Positions 7,925 to 16,804 of a stretch of 26,048 nucleotides of DNA are shown piece after piece. The position numbers were made by a program, and so were the translations under genes. Below the pieces are notes generated by a model. That model saw nothing but the letters and a program-made list of their open reading frames with translations, made no database searches and was not told where the DNA came from. The stretch is from the IMG/VR virus record IMGVR_UViG_3300017774_003032, positions 1 through 26,048 of that record; one strand, given 5' to 3'. Position 1 is the first letter of the stretch. Each line of letters starts with the position of its first letter. This DNA is from a virus. Its lineage: Duplodnaviria > Caudoviricetes.

Positions 7925-10033
7925 ATGGCTAAACTCTTTCAAACGAGATTAAAAATAGAGGAGCAGGCTGCAACCCTACAACCATTTAATCCTCAAATTA
8001 ATCAAGGATCAACAACTCCATACATATCCGATATAAAGATTAATCAAGGATCAACAACACCATACATATCCGATGTAAAGATTAATCAGGGATCAACAAC
8101 TCCTTACGCTTCTGATACAAAGATCAATCAAGGAAGTATCCTTATATCAAAAATACAACTATTACCAGACCAAGGACGGATACAACTATCAATACCTGTA
8201 GACACTTCACCTGGCTTATTAACGATTCCAAGAGAACCAAACACAATCTTCAGCAATAAGATTAATTTAGAGGATAGAATTAGACAATCTCCACTAGTAG
8301 GCACAACAACCGGCCTACAACAATTCTTCTTATCAGACTTTTATGCAGGTAGATTAGCTAATCCAAACTACTCTTTCATACCAAATCAGGGAGGAATCAT
8401 ATTACAAGCATATGGATTTATTCCAAATCAAGGAAGTACGACACTTACAATTACTGGGTTCAATCCAAATCAAGGAACAATAAACGTATCTCCATTCAAC
8501 TTTCAACCAATTCAAGGTAGCATTACATTAGTTAATTATAACTTTTTACCAAATCAAGGAACACAAACACTAAACAACAACACAACCTCAATATCAACAA
8601 TTTTACCTTTTGATTTCTTACCATCACAAGGTTCAATCACACTAAGCCAGTATAACTTTTTACCATTCCAGGATCCAAGTACAATAGTAGTACAACCACT
8701 TAGTACAAACCAAATTCAATTACTACAAGGATTAACACTAGATAATGCTGGAAATCTAGTATCCTTTGTAATACCCAATATAGTGGTATTTAATCCAAAC
8801 CAAGGTAGTATTGTACTTAATGAATTTAACTTCACACCAGATCAAGGCAGTATTGTACTTAGTGAATTTAACTTCACACCAGATCAAGGAGCGATAACTA
8901 TTAGTACTCCTAACTTTATTCCAACACAAGGATCTACAACGCCTAACATTATAGCGTCTTTTAATAGCTTATTACAAGCTATATCTAATCCAACTCAAAC
9001 ACAAGGGGAAGCTAATCTTAATATATTAGGTTATGAACTAGATAGACTACTAGCAAAAACACTACCTGAGGTAAAGCACGGATCATCTGAAAAATTTGAT
9101 TTCTCGGATCGAGCTGTTAATCAAGGAATTGGACCATTCTCTACAAAAAATCCACCACCAGATACAGGAAACACCTACTCACGTGATTCAACATATGGAG
9201 CGGTGATTAATACTCCAGACACAGCTCTAACTCCAACCCCAGACGGGATCGTTGTTAAAGATGAAGTATTCTTCGAACTTAGTGATGTAGGTATCAACAA
9301 CTATATCCAAGTAGCTAATCAGAGGATGGGTCAACCACCTTTGATTAGTTCACCTCGTTCAAATAAAGTCAATTTATTAAATGTGGATTTTGATTATGGT
9401 ACATTAAACGATTTTGAAAATATTAAACAAAATAGCCCCTACCTAAGTGGTGTTGGTAAAGGAAATCAACCTCAAATAAGATCCAATGCAGACTATCCAA
9501 TAGACAACATTCCTGATTTTGGACAAGATTATGTAAACCTGAACTTCACATCAATTAGAGATAATAATACCCTTCAATTCAAAGCATATATAACAAATCT
9601 ATCCGACAACTGGTCACCCACATTCACAGATGTAAAATACGTTGGTAGACAAGATACACTAAAAGTGTTTAATGGAACTACAAGAAATATCTCACTAGCC
9701 TTTAAAATTCCATCACACAATAAACAAAGTCATGCTAATATGTATGATAGGATACAACAACTAATAAGAAGCTCTGCGGTAGGTAAATATAAATCTGGAA
9801 CACCATATGTAATAGGACCTAGCTTAAAAGCTACAATCGGAAATTATATAGTAGGTACACCATGCATTGCAACATCTCTTAAAATAGATACAAACCCATC
9901 AGAATATCCATGGGAAATAGATTCTGGTAAACAACTGCCACAATTTTTGGATGTTTCAATGGAATTGTTTATATTGGGAGATAATGACGGTAAGACAATT
10001 AACAGTAGTGGCACTTTTGTAAGCATTAAATAA
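7925..10033 (+). CDS. Baseplate / tube-initiator-like protein with an N-terminal 14-aa repeat array
   Basis: The C-terminal ~170 aa (FKAYITNLSDNWSP..YVGRQD..FNGTTRNISLAFKI..PWEI..LPQFLDVSMEL) resembles tube-initiator (gp48/gp54-like) folds. The N-terminal half has repeated QG units. Confidence 0.7.
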   Translation: MAKLFQTRLKIEEQAATLQPFNPQINQGSTTPYISDIKINQGSTTPYISDVKINQGSTTPYASDTKINQGSILISKIQLLPDQGRIQLSIPVDTSPGLLTIPREPNTIFSNKINLEDRIRQSPLVGTTTGLQQFFLSDFYAGRLANPNYSFIPNQGGIILQAYGFIPNQGSTTLTITGFNPNQGTINVSPFNFQPIQGSITLVNYNFLPNQGTQTLNNNTTSISTILPFDFLPSQGSITLSQYNFLPFQDPSTIVVQPLSTNQIQLLQGLTLDNAGNLVSFVIPNIVVFNPNQGSIVLNEFNFTPDQGSIVLSEFNFTPDQGAITISTPNFIPTQGSTTPNIIASFNSLLQAISNPTQTQGEANLNILGYELDRLLAKTLPEVKHGSSEKFDFSDRAVNQGIGPFSTKNPPPDTGNTYSRDSTYGAVINTPDTALTPTPDGIVVKDEVFFELSDVGINNYIQVANQRMGQPPLISSPRSNKVNLLNVDFDYGTLNDFENIKQNSPYLSGVGKGNQPQIRSNADYPIDNIPDFGQDYVNLNFTSIRDNNTLQFKAYITNLSDNWSPTFTDVKYVGRQDTLKVFNGTTRNISLAFKIPSHNKQSHANMYDRIQQLIRSSAVGKYKSGTPYVIGPSLKATIGNYIVGTPCIATSLKIDTNPSEYPWEIDSGKQLPQFLDVSMELFILGDNDGKTINSSGTFVSIK
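7997..8137 (+). repeat. 42-bp in-frame tandem repeat, 3 full copies plus a partial copy (INQGSTTPYISDxK)
   Basis: Units start at 7997, 8039, 8081 and 8123. First unit: ATTAATCAAGGATCAACAACTCCATACATATCCGATATAAAG. Confidence 0.95.
8801..8890 (+). repeat. 42-bp in-frame tandem repeat, 2 copies (QGSIVLxEFNFTPD)
   Basis: 8801-8842 and 8843-8884 differ at two positions and are followed by CAAGGA. Confidence 0.95.
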
Positions 10034-10035
10034 TT

Positions 10036-10335
10036 ATGGCAGTCGATCGTTATCAAAATATAGAATCAAAAAAATACAACGGAATCACAGTTAGAAAATC
10101 TACACTGTATCCAACAATAAATCCAAAACCTGGGGACATCTATGTATTAACGGATGTCAGCGATAGATTAGACCAACTATCGTATAAATACTATGGTACA
10201 GTAAAGTATTGGTGGGTAATTGCACATGCGAATAAAATATCAAAAGGATCGATGACATTAGAATCTGGAATTCGATTACTTATACCTACAGATGTTGATA
10301 CCATCTTAAACGATTATAATAATCTAAATCAATAG
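10036..10335 (+). CDS. LysM-like baseplate wedge protein (gp53-like)
   Basis: DRLDQLSYKYYGTVKYWWVIAHAN...GIRLLIP is the typical phage LysM/gp53 pattern. Confidence 0.88.
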   Translation: MAVDRYQNIESKKYNGITVRKSTLYPTINPKPGDIYVLTDVSDRLDQLSYKYYGTVKYWWVIAHANKISKGSMTLESGIRLLIPTDVDTILNDYNNLNQ

Positions 10336-10343
10336 TTACACGA

Positions 10344-12446
10344 ATGAATGTATTCAACGGAGGAGCAGTTAAGCAGAGAGTAATATCAGAATTAAGAAAT
10401 AGATCTAGTACGAATCTAAACCAGTGGCACATAGCAAAGACTGCCTGGGTTCATATTATGAGTTTTTCAAATGTGTGTAGTGGTAATGGTCAAATATCAT
10501 CAAACCAACCACAAAACGGTGGAACTTACTACATAGCTAATTACGAGAGACCACTACAAGGTATAAAAAGTGTGAAAGTCTCAAAATTAGGTGAACTAGG
10601 TACTACTAAAAAATGCACTATAGAATTACAAGCTTGGACAGATGAACAACTAAGCAACATAGGTAAATGTTACTTCATTCCTGGAATGAGTGTGCGAGTC
10701 CAGTTCGGGTGGAGCTTGAATAGTGATGGCACTCCAGGAAAAACACCATTACTAGATACCTTAACTGACGCACAAGCAAACTGTAGAATATTTAGTACTT
10801 CAACAGAAGATAATCCAAATTACGACGGATTTCAAGGAAAGATAACCAATTTCAGTTACAATCTCAATGTTGATGGTGGATGGGATATCACACTTGAGAT
10901 AATATCAGCAGCAAGTTTGATGTCTGATGTGAAAATTGAATCTTATGATAATAAATGTGATTGTAAAAAAGATGATGACAAAAAAACAAACTTATCCGAT
11001 AGTAGTTTGAGTATCGCAATCTTAAAAGCAACTAAAGACTCAAGTCTACTTAAATTAATTGAACAAGATCTAGTAGGCTTAGGTGTAAATATAGCAGAAG
11101 ATACTGCAGTCATTGATCTAAACTCAGATGCAAGAACAGCGGAGGGTGAGGATAATACTGGATTCCTTTCAAACACAGGAGCTGCATTTAGACAAGCTGT
11201 GGGTTGGGTTAAGAACGCTGTTACTTTTGATGATGAAAACACAGGTCCACAATACACAGAAACTTCTGGTACAACCGAAACTTTCATATCCCTAAGAGCT
11301 TTACATCACCTAATAAATTACTACAGCCTACCATCAACTTCGACGGGTAGGTACGTATTTGGCAGAGTAGATGCTAAGAGCAATATATACATATCAACTC
11401 AGGGGTTTTACAAAAATCAAGGTGTTATAGAAGTTGGATCGTCAGATCCTAGGATATGCGTTTTACCAGGAGGTCAGAATCCACTACCAGATCCAAGCCA
11501 ACTAACTGGTAAACCAACAGCTTTATTAGCAGCTGCACCTAGTGATACTAATATTAAGGGCCCTGTAATAGACTTAACTCGAGTGTTAGTTAATACTATT
11601 TTTATTAGAAAAACACTAAAGAGTTTAGCTGAACAGTCTCAAAAGGAGAAGGGTGTGGTACTAAAAGACTTCCTAACAAGTATATACACATCAGTAAACA
11701 CATGCCTAGGCAATCTTTGGAACTTTGAAATAGTTGACGCAACTTCACAAACTGGTAAGTGTACCGATTCAGATGACCCACTTTTGCAAATAGTAGATAC
11801 ATCAACTTACATAAGTAATACACCAGCATCCATTGAGGATATAGCACCCTATAACCCTAGAAACAGTATCATCAGAGACTTTAACTTAGAAACTAAATTA
11901 ACAGATGAGATGAAATCAATGGCCTTGTATTCAACAATACCTCCCCAGGGCTCAAAAAATTTATGCATTGATGAATTTAAAGCATTTAGTTTAGGTGGTG
12001 TTATAAAAAATAACGCACTACCACCAGAAGCTTTTGCGGCAAAAGTTAAAGAAATTGAATGCTCTTTTGCACAGGATGGTGTAACATGTAAACAAACAAC
12101 AGACACTCCAGCTATGAAAGTAGTGTTTGCGTTTCAAAAATCAACGATAAATCTTATTGATGATAATGTAACTGGATTCGAAGCAGCACGTAGTGAATAC
12201 TATGCGGATAGAAGGAAGGGTAGTAATGACCCATCATGTAATATGGTCTTACCATTTCAATGGTCCTTTACGTTAGATGGAATAGGAGGATTCAAATTTG
12301 GCCAATACATAACACATCCTAGAATACCAAAGGAAGTTAGAGATTCATTTAGATTCCAAATCACAGCTGTGGAGCATGATCTATCAGATGGTGACTGGAA
12401 AACTACAATTAATACAATAGCACGATTCTACAAAGAGAAGAACTAG
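10344..12446 (+). CDS. Baseplate hub-like structural protein
   Basis: 700 aa. Motifs YFIPGMSVRVQFGWS, NYDGFQGKITNFSYNLNVDGGWDITLEI, FTLDGIGGFKFGQ and FQITAVEHDLSDGDWKTTI resemble hub (gp27/gpD-like) proteins. Fits the gene order. Confidence 0.7.
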   Translation: MNVFNGGAVKQRVISELRNRSSTNLNQWHIAKTAWVHIMSFSNVCSGNGQISSNQPQNGGTYYIANYERPLQGIKSVKVSKLGELGTTKKCTIELQAWTDEQLSNIGKCYFIPGMSVRVQFGWSLNSDGTPGKTPLLDTLTDAQANCRIFSTSTEDNPNYDGFQGKITNFSYNLNVDGGWDITLEIISAASLMSDVKIESYDNKCDCKKDDDKKTNLSDSSLSIAILKATKDSSLLKLIEQDLVGLGVNIAEDTAVIDLNSDARTAEGEDNTGFLSNTGAAFRQAVGWVKNAVTFDDENTGPQYTETSGTTETFISLRALHHLINYYSLPSTSTGRYVFGRVDAKSNIYISTQGFYKNQGVIEVGSSDPRICVLPGGQNPLPDPSQLTGKPTALLAAAPSDTNIKGPVIDLTRVLVNTIFIRKTLKSLAEQSQKEKGVVLKDFLTSIYTSVNTCLGNLWNFEIVDATSQTGKCTDSDDPLLQIVDTSTYISNTPASIEDIAPYNPRNSIIRDFNLETKLTDEMKSMALYSTIPPQGSKNLCIDEFKAFSLGGVIKNNALPPEAFAAKVKEIECSFAQDGVTCKQTTDTPAMKVVFAFQKSTINLIDDNVTGFEAARSEYYADRRKGSNDPSCNMVLPFQWSFTLDGIGGFKFGQYITHPRIPKEVRDSFRFQITAVEHDLSDGDWKTTINTIARFYKEKN

Positions 12447-12450
12447 ATCT

Positions 12451-13044
12451 ATGTTAAGAAAGAACATACTATCAAATAATACAAATCTTAATAACTATCT
12501 GTATACTAAAGGATTTGAATACTCTTTAGATGGAGAAAATTATATAGGTGAATATCATTTAGTAAACAATAAGCCTTTCGTAGGTCCAATTCCAAAAGAA
12601 GGTTCATTGGAATTAACTAGATACTATGAAGATCAAAGTACTTATACTTACGACAAAATTAAAGCGTTCAAAGACTTAATTAGATACTATAAAGAGCCAA
12701 TACCTAAAATAATCAGACCAACGCAATTAGACTACACTAATGGGTATATTACTAGATTCTTTTTTGAAAAAGCTTTTAACGTTGACAAATATCCAATAGA
12801 AGTAGATTCTCAACAGTATACACAATACAATACTCGTGTGGGTGTTAATGGTGGTTTATATATCAAAGCAGAGATGTATTGGAAACTAATAGGCCCATTA
12901 TATAACGTGTATGATAAAAAAGGAATGCTTATTGAAATGGGTATATATGAACACAACGCTTTGGAAGTGGAAAAGATATCAGAAATAATCCCAAGCATAA
13001 GTTACGTAATAAAAAATTATATAGAGTTTGCTAGACCGAGATAA
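12451..13044 (+). CDS. Hypothetical protein (probably structural, end of the baseplate operon)
   Basis: 197 aa, Tyr-rich, with LYTKGFEY..YIGEYH and PTQLDYTNGYITRFF. Starts 4 nt after the preceding stop codon. Confidence 0.7.
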   Translation: MLRKNILSNNTNLNNYLYTKGFEYSLDGENYIGEYHLVNNKPFVGPIPKEGSLELTRYYEDQSTYTYDKIKAFKDLIRYYKEPIPKIIRPTQLDYTNGYITRFFFEKAFNVDKYPIEVDSQQYTQYNTRVGVNGGLYIKAEMYWKLIGPLYNVYDKKGMLIEMGIYEHNALEVEKISEIIPSISYVIKNYIEFARPR

Positions 13045-13058
13045 TTATCATATAGTTA
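13028..13058 (+). promoter_or_regulatory. Putative host-RNAP promoter TTGCTA-N17-TATAGT(TA)
   Basis: Same TTG-to-TATAGT spacing as at 14797 and 17828. ATG13062 is 5 nt after the hexamer. Confidence 0.65.
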
Positions 13059-13061
13059 CAT

Positions 13062-14369
13062 ATGATCATCGACTCGGAGCAGGCTTATCTTAATTTAGTA
13101 AGAAGTCAAAAGCAATATTTTATTATTCCATTTGGGTACGATAATAGACTGCATAGCGTTGAAAATAAATTATGTGCCATTGTAGTAATAGATTGCATAA
13201 CTGAAGACTGCTATACAATAGCTGTAAATCATCCAGATGCAATATTTCAAGCTGATGATATACAAGACATACTCAAATCACAAAATATTGTATATAATAA
13301 ACATATATTGCAATATAATGGTTATGATGTGGAAAATAATCCGGATGCCGATGTTGTTTCTTACTTAACAATAAACAAGATACCAGAGCAATCAGAAAAC
13401 AATCTAGTTAATTACTACAAGCGTAAATTTGCAAATTGTTTAGTTGTAAACAAAATTATACCACTACACAAGCTTGAAGAAGTAGCCTATGAAATATTCA
13501 CAAGATATCTATATGCTATCAACGAACCGGTAGAGGGAATTGATTATTATAACAGAGCTCAAAGCGTATTTCATCAAATAGAAAAGAACGGCTTAAAGAC
13601 AAATGACCAACTATTTACAGCATTCTATGGTAAAACCTATGCACAGATAGAAGGTTACTGTTATGGCAGGTATAACTTATTCACATCCACAGGACGTCCT
13701 AGTAATACGTTTAGTGGTGTAAATTTAGCTGCTATAAATAAGGATGATGGATCACGTGATTGTTTTGTATCACGCTACGATAATGGACTACTACTGGAAA
13801 TTGACTTTGAGTCTTATCACCCACGTATTATATGTGATTTAATAGATTATAAGATTGATGGTAGTTTATACGAACACCTAAGCACACTCTACTACCCAGA
13901 TCAGGTTATCACAGAGGATTTAATAAAGCAGAGTAAAGAGAATACATTTCGTCAAATATATGGTGGTGTAGATAAAAAATATCTATCAATTGACTTTTTT
14001 AAGAGGATTGACAACTTAACCAAGTCTTTATATTCTTTCTATAAGAAGAATAAGTACATTGAACTCCCAAGTGGTAGAAAACTACGTGTTGATCAGGAGG
14101 AAGTATTTTCTCCACAAAAGATATTCAACTACTTTATACAAGCGCTTGAGACTGAAAACAATGTATACTATTTACATCAATTTCTTACATACTTTAAAGG
14201 TATGTCTATAATGCCAATATTGTATGTCTACGATAGTATTTTATTTGATCTAGATACTAGTCACTATGATTTATGCATAGAGACAATAGAAAAAGTTATA
14301 GATACTAAAAAATATCCCATAAAAATTAAAACAGGAGCTACCTATAACAAAATAAAAGTAGTAGTGTGA
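13062..14369 (+). CDS. Short, divergent family-A (PolA-like) polymerase
   Basis: STGRPS, motif A LEIDFESYHPR, motif B KENTFRQIYGG, FNYFIQALE and motif C LYVYDSILFD. Only 435 aa, with no recognisable exonuclease catalytic motifs. Confidence 0.85.
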   Translation: MIIDSEQAYLNLVRSQKQYFIIPFGYDNRLHSVENKLCAIVVIDCITEDCYTIAVNHPDAIFQADDIQDILKSQNIVYNKHILQYNGYDVENNPDADVVSYLTINKIPEQSENNLVNYYKRKFANCLVVNKIIPLHKLEEVAYEIFTRYLYAINEPVEGIDYYNRAQSVFHQIEKNGLKTNDQLFTAFYGKTYAQIEGYCYGRYNLFTSTGRPSNTFSGVNLAAINKDDGSRDCFVSRYDNGLLLEIDFESYHPRIICDLIDYKIDGSLYEHLSTLYYPDQVITEDLIKQSKENTFRQIYGGVDKKYLSIDFFKRIDNLTKSLYSFYKKNKYIELPSGRKLRVDQEEVFSPQKIFNYFIQALETENNVYYLHQFLTYFKGMSIMPILYVYDSILFDLDTSHYDLCIETIEKVIDTKKYPIKIKTGATYNKIKVVV

Positions 14370-14393
14370 TTATACTTTGGTACGACAAAAGCA

Positions 14394-14401
14394 TATTTAT
14401 G
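14394..14401 (+). promoter_or_regulatory. TATTTAT(G) motif (putative late promoter)
   Basis: Intergenic, 16 nt before ATG14418. Confidence 0.55.
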
Positions 14402-14417
14402 TAAAATAGATGATTTA

Positions 14418-14795
14418 ATGAAGCCACAATTACTGTGCACATTTACATATATAGATCAACTACCAACATGTATAGGTAGCGTACATAAAATTTACAACAA
14501 TGATGTTGCAAATTTGAAATGTTATTCCTATATTGATACTCCAAGATGCATAGTATGTATCTATAATGTATTTACAAACGAAAAAAGACTTAAAGACACA
14601 ATATCAATAAACCGAAAAAAAGACACCAATACGTTCTATAGTATAAATGCTCTTAACAGCCTAATTAAAGTCCTTAACAACGGAATACTGGACAAAACTT
14701 TCAAGGTAGAGTGGGCAAATTATATGAACAGCTTGTTATTGTCAGATGGGTTCGATTCTTACAAAGTGATAAAAGTAAAAGAGTTAACAATCTGA
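14418..14795 (+). CDS. Hypothetical protein between the PolA-like gene and SSB
   Basis: 125-aa ORF filling the gap, with QLLCTF, TISINRKKDTNTFYSINALN and GILDKTFKVEW segments. Confidence 0.8.
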   Translation: MKPQLLCTFTYIDQLPTCIGSVHKIYNNDVANLKCYSYIDTPRCIVCIYNVFTNEKRLKDTISINRKKDTNTFYSINALNSLIKVLNNGILDKTFKVEWANYMNSLLLSDGFDSYKVIKVKELTI

Positions 14796-14796
14796 G

Positions 14797-14827
14797 TTGT
14801 CTGATCGGTTTTTATTTACTATAGTAA
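14797..14827 (+). promoter_or_regulatory. Putative host-RNAP promoter TTGTCT-N17-TATAGT(AA)
   Basis: Intergenic, upstream of the SSB/RecA/exonuclease genes. Confidence 0.7.
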
Positions 14828-14842
14828 CTAAAAATCAATTAT

Positions 14843-15655
14843 ATGGCAATTAATTTAGATGCAATCAAAGCGAGACTCTCGCAAATTCAACAAACCGCAA
14901 ACAGCGGTGGTGGTTCAAAAGGTAACGACTACATGTGGAAACCACCAGTAGGTAAAAGTGTAGTTCGTATCGTACCCTACGCTTTTGATAAAAGCAATCC
15001 TTTCGTCGAGCTTTATTTTCACTACGAGATTGGCAAACGTACAATGGTCTCACCAACATCGTTTGGCCGTCCCGATCCAATCTTGGAATTTGCTGAAAAG
15101 CTTAAAAAGACTGGAGATAAGGATGATTGGAAGCTTGGTAAAAAGATCGAACCTAAGTTCCGCGTATATGCTCCAGTAATTGTACGTGGTGAAGAAGACA
15201 AAGGTGTGCGGTTCTGGTCGTTTGGTAAACAGATATACCAAGAGCTTTTGGGCATTATTTCTGATCCTGATTACGGTGATATTACAGACTTAATGAATGG
15301 CCGTGACATTACAGTAGAGCATATTCCAGCAGAAGAGGGTAATGGTAAGTCATTCCCATCATTCACAGTACGAGTAAAACCAAATGTAACACCAGCAACA
15401 ACAGACAAAGCAATTGCAGAGTCGATTGTTAACGGTCAAAAGAATGTGGAGGATATTACTGGTGAATTACCATATGATGAGATGAAGCAAGCATTGCAAA
15501 AATGGCTTGAACCAGAGTCAAACCCAGCAGGACCTGCAGCCGGTGGTGACGACTTCCTCGAATCGATGAACAACCCAGCTAGTATCAAAAGTGCTAAGAC
15601 AGCAACAAAGATAGAAGACGTATCATCAGCATTCGACGAGCTCTTTAAGAAGTAA
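14843..15655 (+). CDS. Single-stranded DNA-binding protein (T4 gp32-like)
   Basis: WKPPVGKSVVRIVP, VIVRGEEDKGVRFWSFGKQIYQEL, DYGDITDLMNGRDI and an acidic C-terminal tail ending AFDELF. Confidence 0.88.
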   Translation: MAINLDAIKARLSQIQQTANSGGGSKGNDYMWKPPVGKSVVRIVPYAFDKSNPFVELYFHYEIGKRTMVSPTSFGRPDPILEFAEKLKKTGDKDDWKLGKKIEPKFRVYAPVIVRGEEDKGVRFWSFGKQIYQELLGIISDPDYGDITDLMNGRDITVEHIPAEEGNGKSFPSFTVRVKPNVTPATTDKAIAESIVNGQKNVEDITGELPYDEMKQALQKWLEPESNPAGPAAGGDDFLESMNNPASIKSAKTATKIEDVSSAFDELFKK

Positions 15656-15661
15656 TAAGTT

Positions 15662-16804
15662 ATGGCAAAGAAACAAGCAGCCGCTCCAGATGAAATCTCG
15701 GGCCGCGACGAACTGGCTACAGCATTAGCCGATAGTTTGAATAAGAAGTTTAAAGACTTCAAAGCCGTACACTTTCTAGGTGCAGAAGAAACACCAACTG
15801 ATCTCACTGAATGGGTATCAACCGGATCAACCCTGCTTGACATTGCTATCTCTAATCGGCCTGACGGGGGATTCCCCGTAGGTCGAATAGTAGAGCTCCA
15901 AGGCATGGAAGCATCAGGAAAGAGTCTGATTATGGCTCATGCACTAGCAAACACTCAAAAGAAGGGTGGCCTAGCAGTCTACATTGATACAGAGAATGCA
16001 CTTAGTGAGGATTTCCTTAGAGCTATTGGTGTTAATGTAAATGATATGCTTTATATTCCACTGGAAACTATTGAGGATATCTTTGAGGCTATTGAAAGTA
16101 TTGTTGAGAGTATCCGCAAAACTTCAAAAGACCGATTAGTTACAATCGTAGTGGATTCAGTATCAGCCGCAACTACTAAGGTAGAGCAAGATGCAGATTT
16201 CGATAAAGATGGATGGGCAACTTCAAAAGCAATCCTAATGTCAAAAGCAATGCGTAAGATTACTAATACCATTGGTAAACAGCGCGTATTATTACTATGT
16301 GCATCACAACTTCGTGAGAAGATGGGTGTTATGTTTGGTGATAAATACACAACATCGGGTGGTAAAGCTCTTGGGTTCCATGCAAGTTGTCGTATTCGTT
16401 TGAAACCAATTGGTAAACTTAAAAGCGGATCAGGTGCAACTGAGCAGATTATTGGAGTACAAACAGAAGCGCAGGTAATCAAAAACCGTATGGGCCCACC
16501 ATTCAAGAAAGCTGAGTTTGATGTATACTTCGACTCAGGAATCGATGATGTTAATAGTTGGTTGAAGCTATTAAAGAATTATGGTAGAGTGAGTGGATCC
16601 GGAGCTTGGTATCAAATTGTTAATGAGAATACAGGAGAGATCCATAAGTTTCAAGCAAAAGACTGGCGATCTCTAATCAGGGAAAACGCAGAATTGAGAG
16701 ATTATTGCCTCAAGCAGATTTACGATATCTACATTATGAAGTATCGTACTGACGGCGAAATCGACCCAGATAGTGTTACATTAGACGAAAACATCGAAGA
16801 TTAA
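15662..16804 (+). CDS. recA: RecA/UvsX-family recombinase
   Basis: STGSTLLD, GRIVELQGMEASGKS (Walker A), YIDTENAL, IVVDSV (Walker B), SQLREKMGVMFG, TTSGGKALGFHAS and KNRMGPPF. Confidence 0.96.
   Translation: MAKKQAAAPDEISGRDELATALADSLNKKFKDFKAVHFLGAEETPTDLTEWVSTGSTLLDIAISNRPDGGFPVGRIVELQGMEASGKSLIMAHALANTQKKGGLAVYIDTENALSEDFLRAIGVNVNDMLYIPLETIEDIFEAIESIVESIRKTSKDRLVTIVVDSVSAATTKVEQDADFDKDGWATSKAILMSKAMRKITNTIGKQRVLLLCASQLREKMGVMFGDKYTTSGGKALGFHASCRIRLKPIGKLKSGSGATEQIIGVQTEAQVIKNRMGPPFKKAEFDVYFDSGIDDVNSWLKLLKNYGRVSGSGAWYQIVNENTGEIHKFQAKDWRSLIRENAELRDYCLKQIYDIYIMKYRTDGEIDPDSVTLDENIED

Noticed and set aside
7997-8890. 42-bp repeats as a CRISPR array or DGR template/variable repeat
   Set aside because: They are contiguous, in-frame and spacer-free, with no adenine-specific mismatch pattern. 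No cas or reverse transcriptase gene is in the window.
10331-10338. AATAGTTA before the hub gene as a TATAGT-class promoter
   Set aside because: It overlaps the upstream stop codon and lacks the TTG at the expected spacing.
733-12446. Bacterial extracellular contractile injection system or tailocin rather than a phage
   Set aside because: The tail genes are contiguous with phage replication and nucleotide-metabolism genes and share promoter motifs with them.
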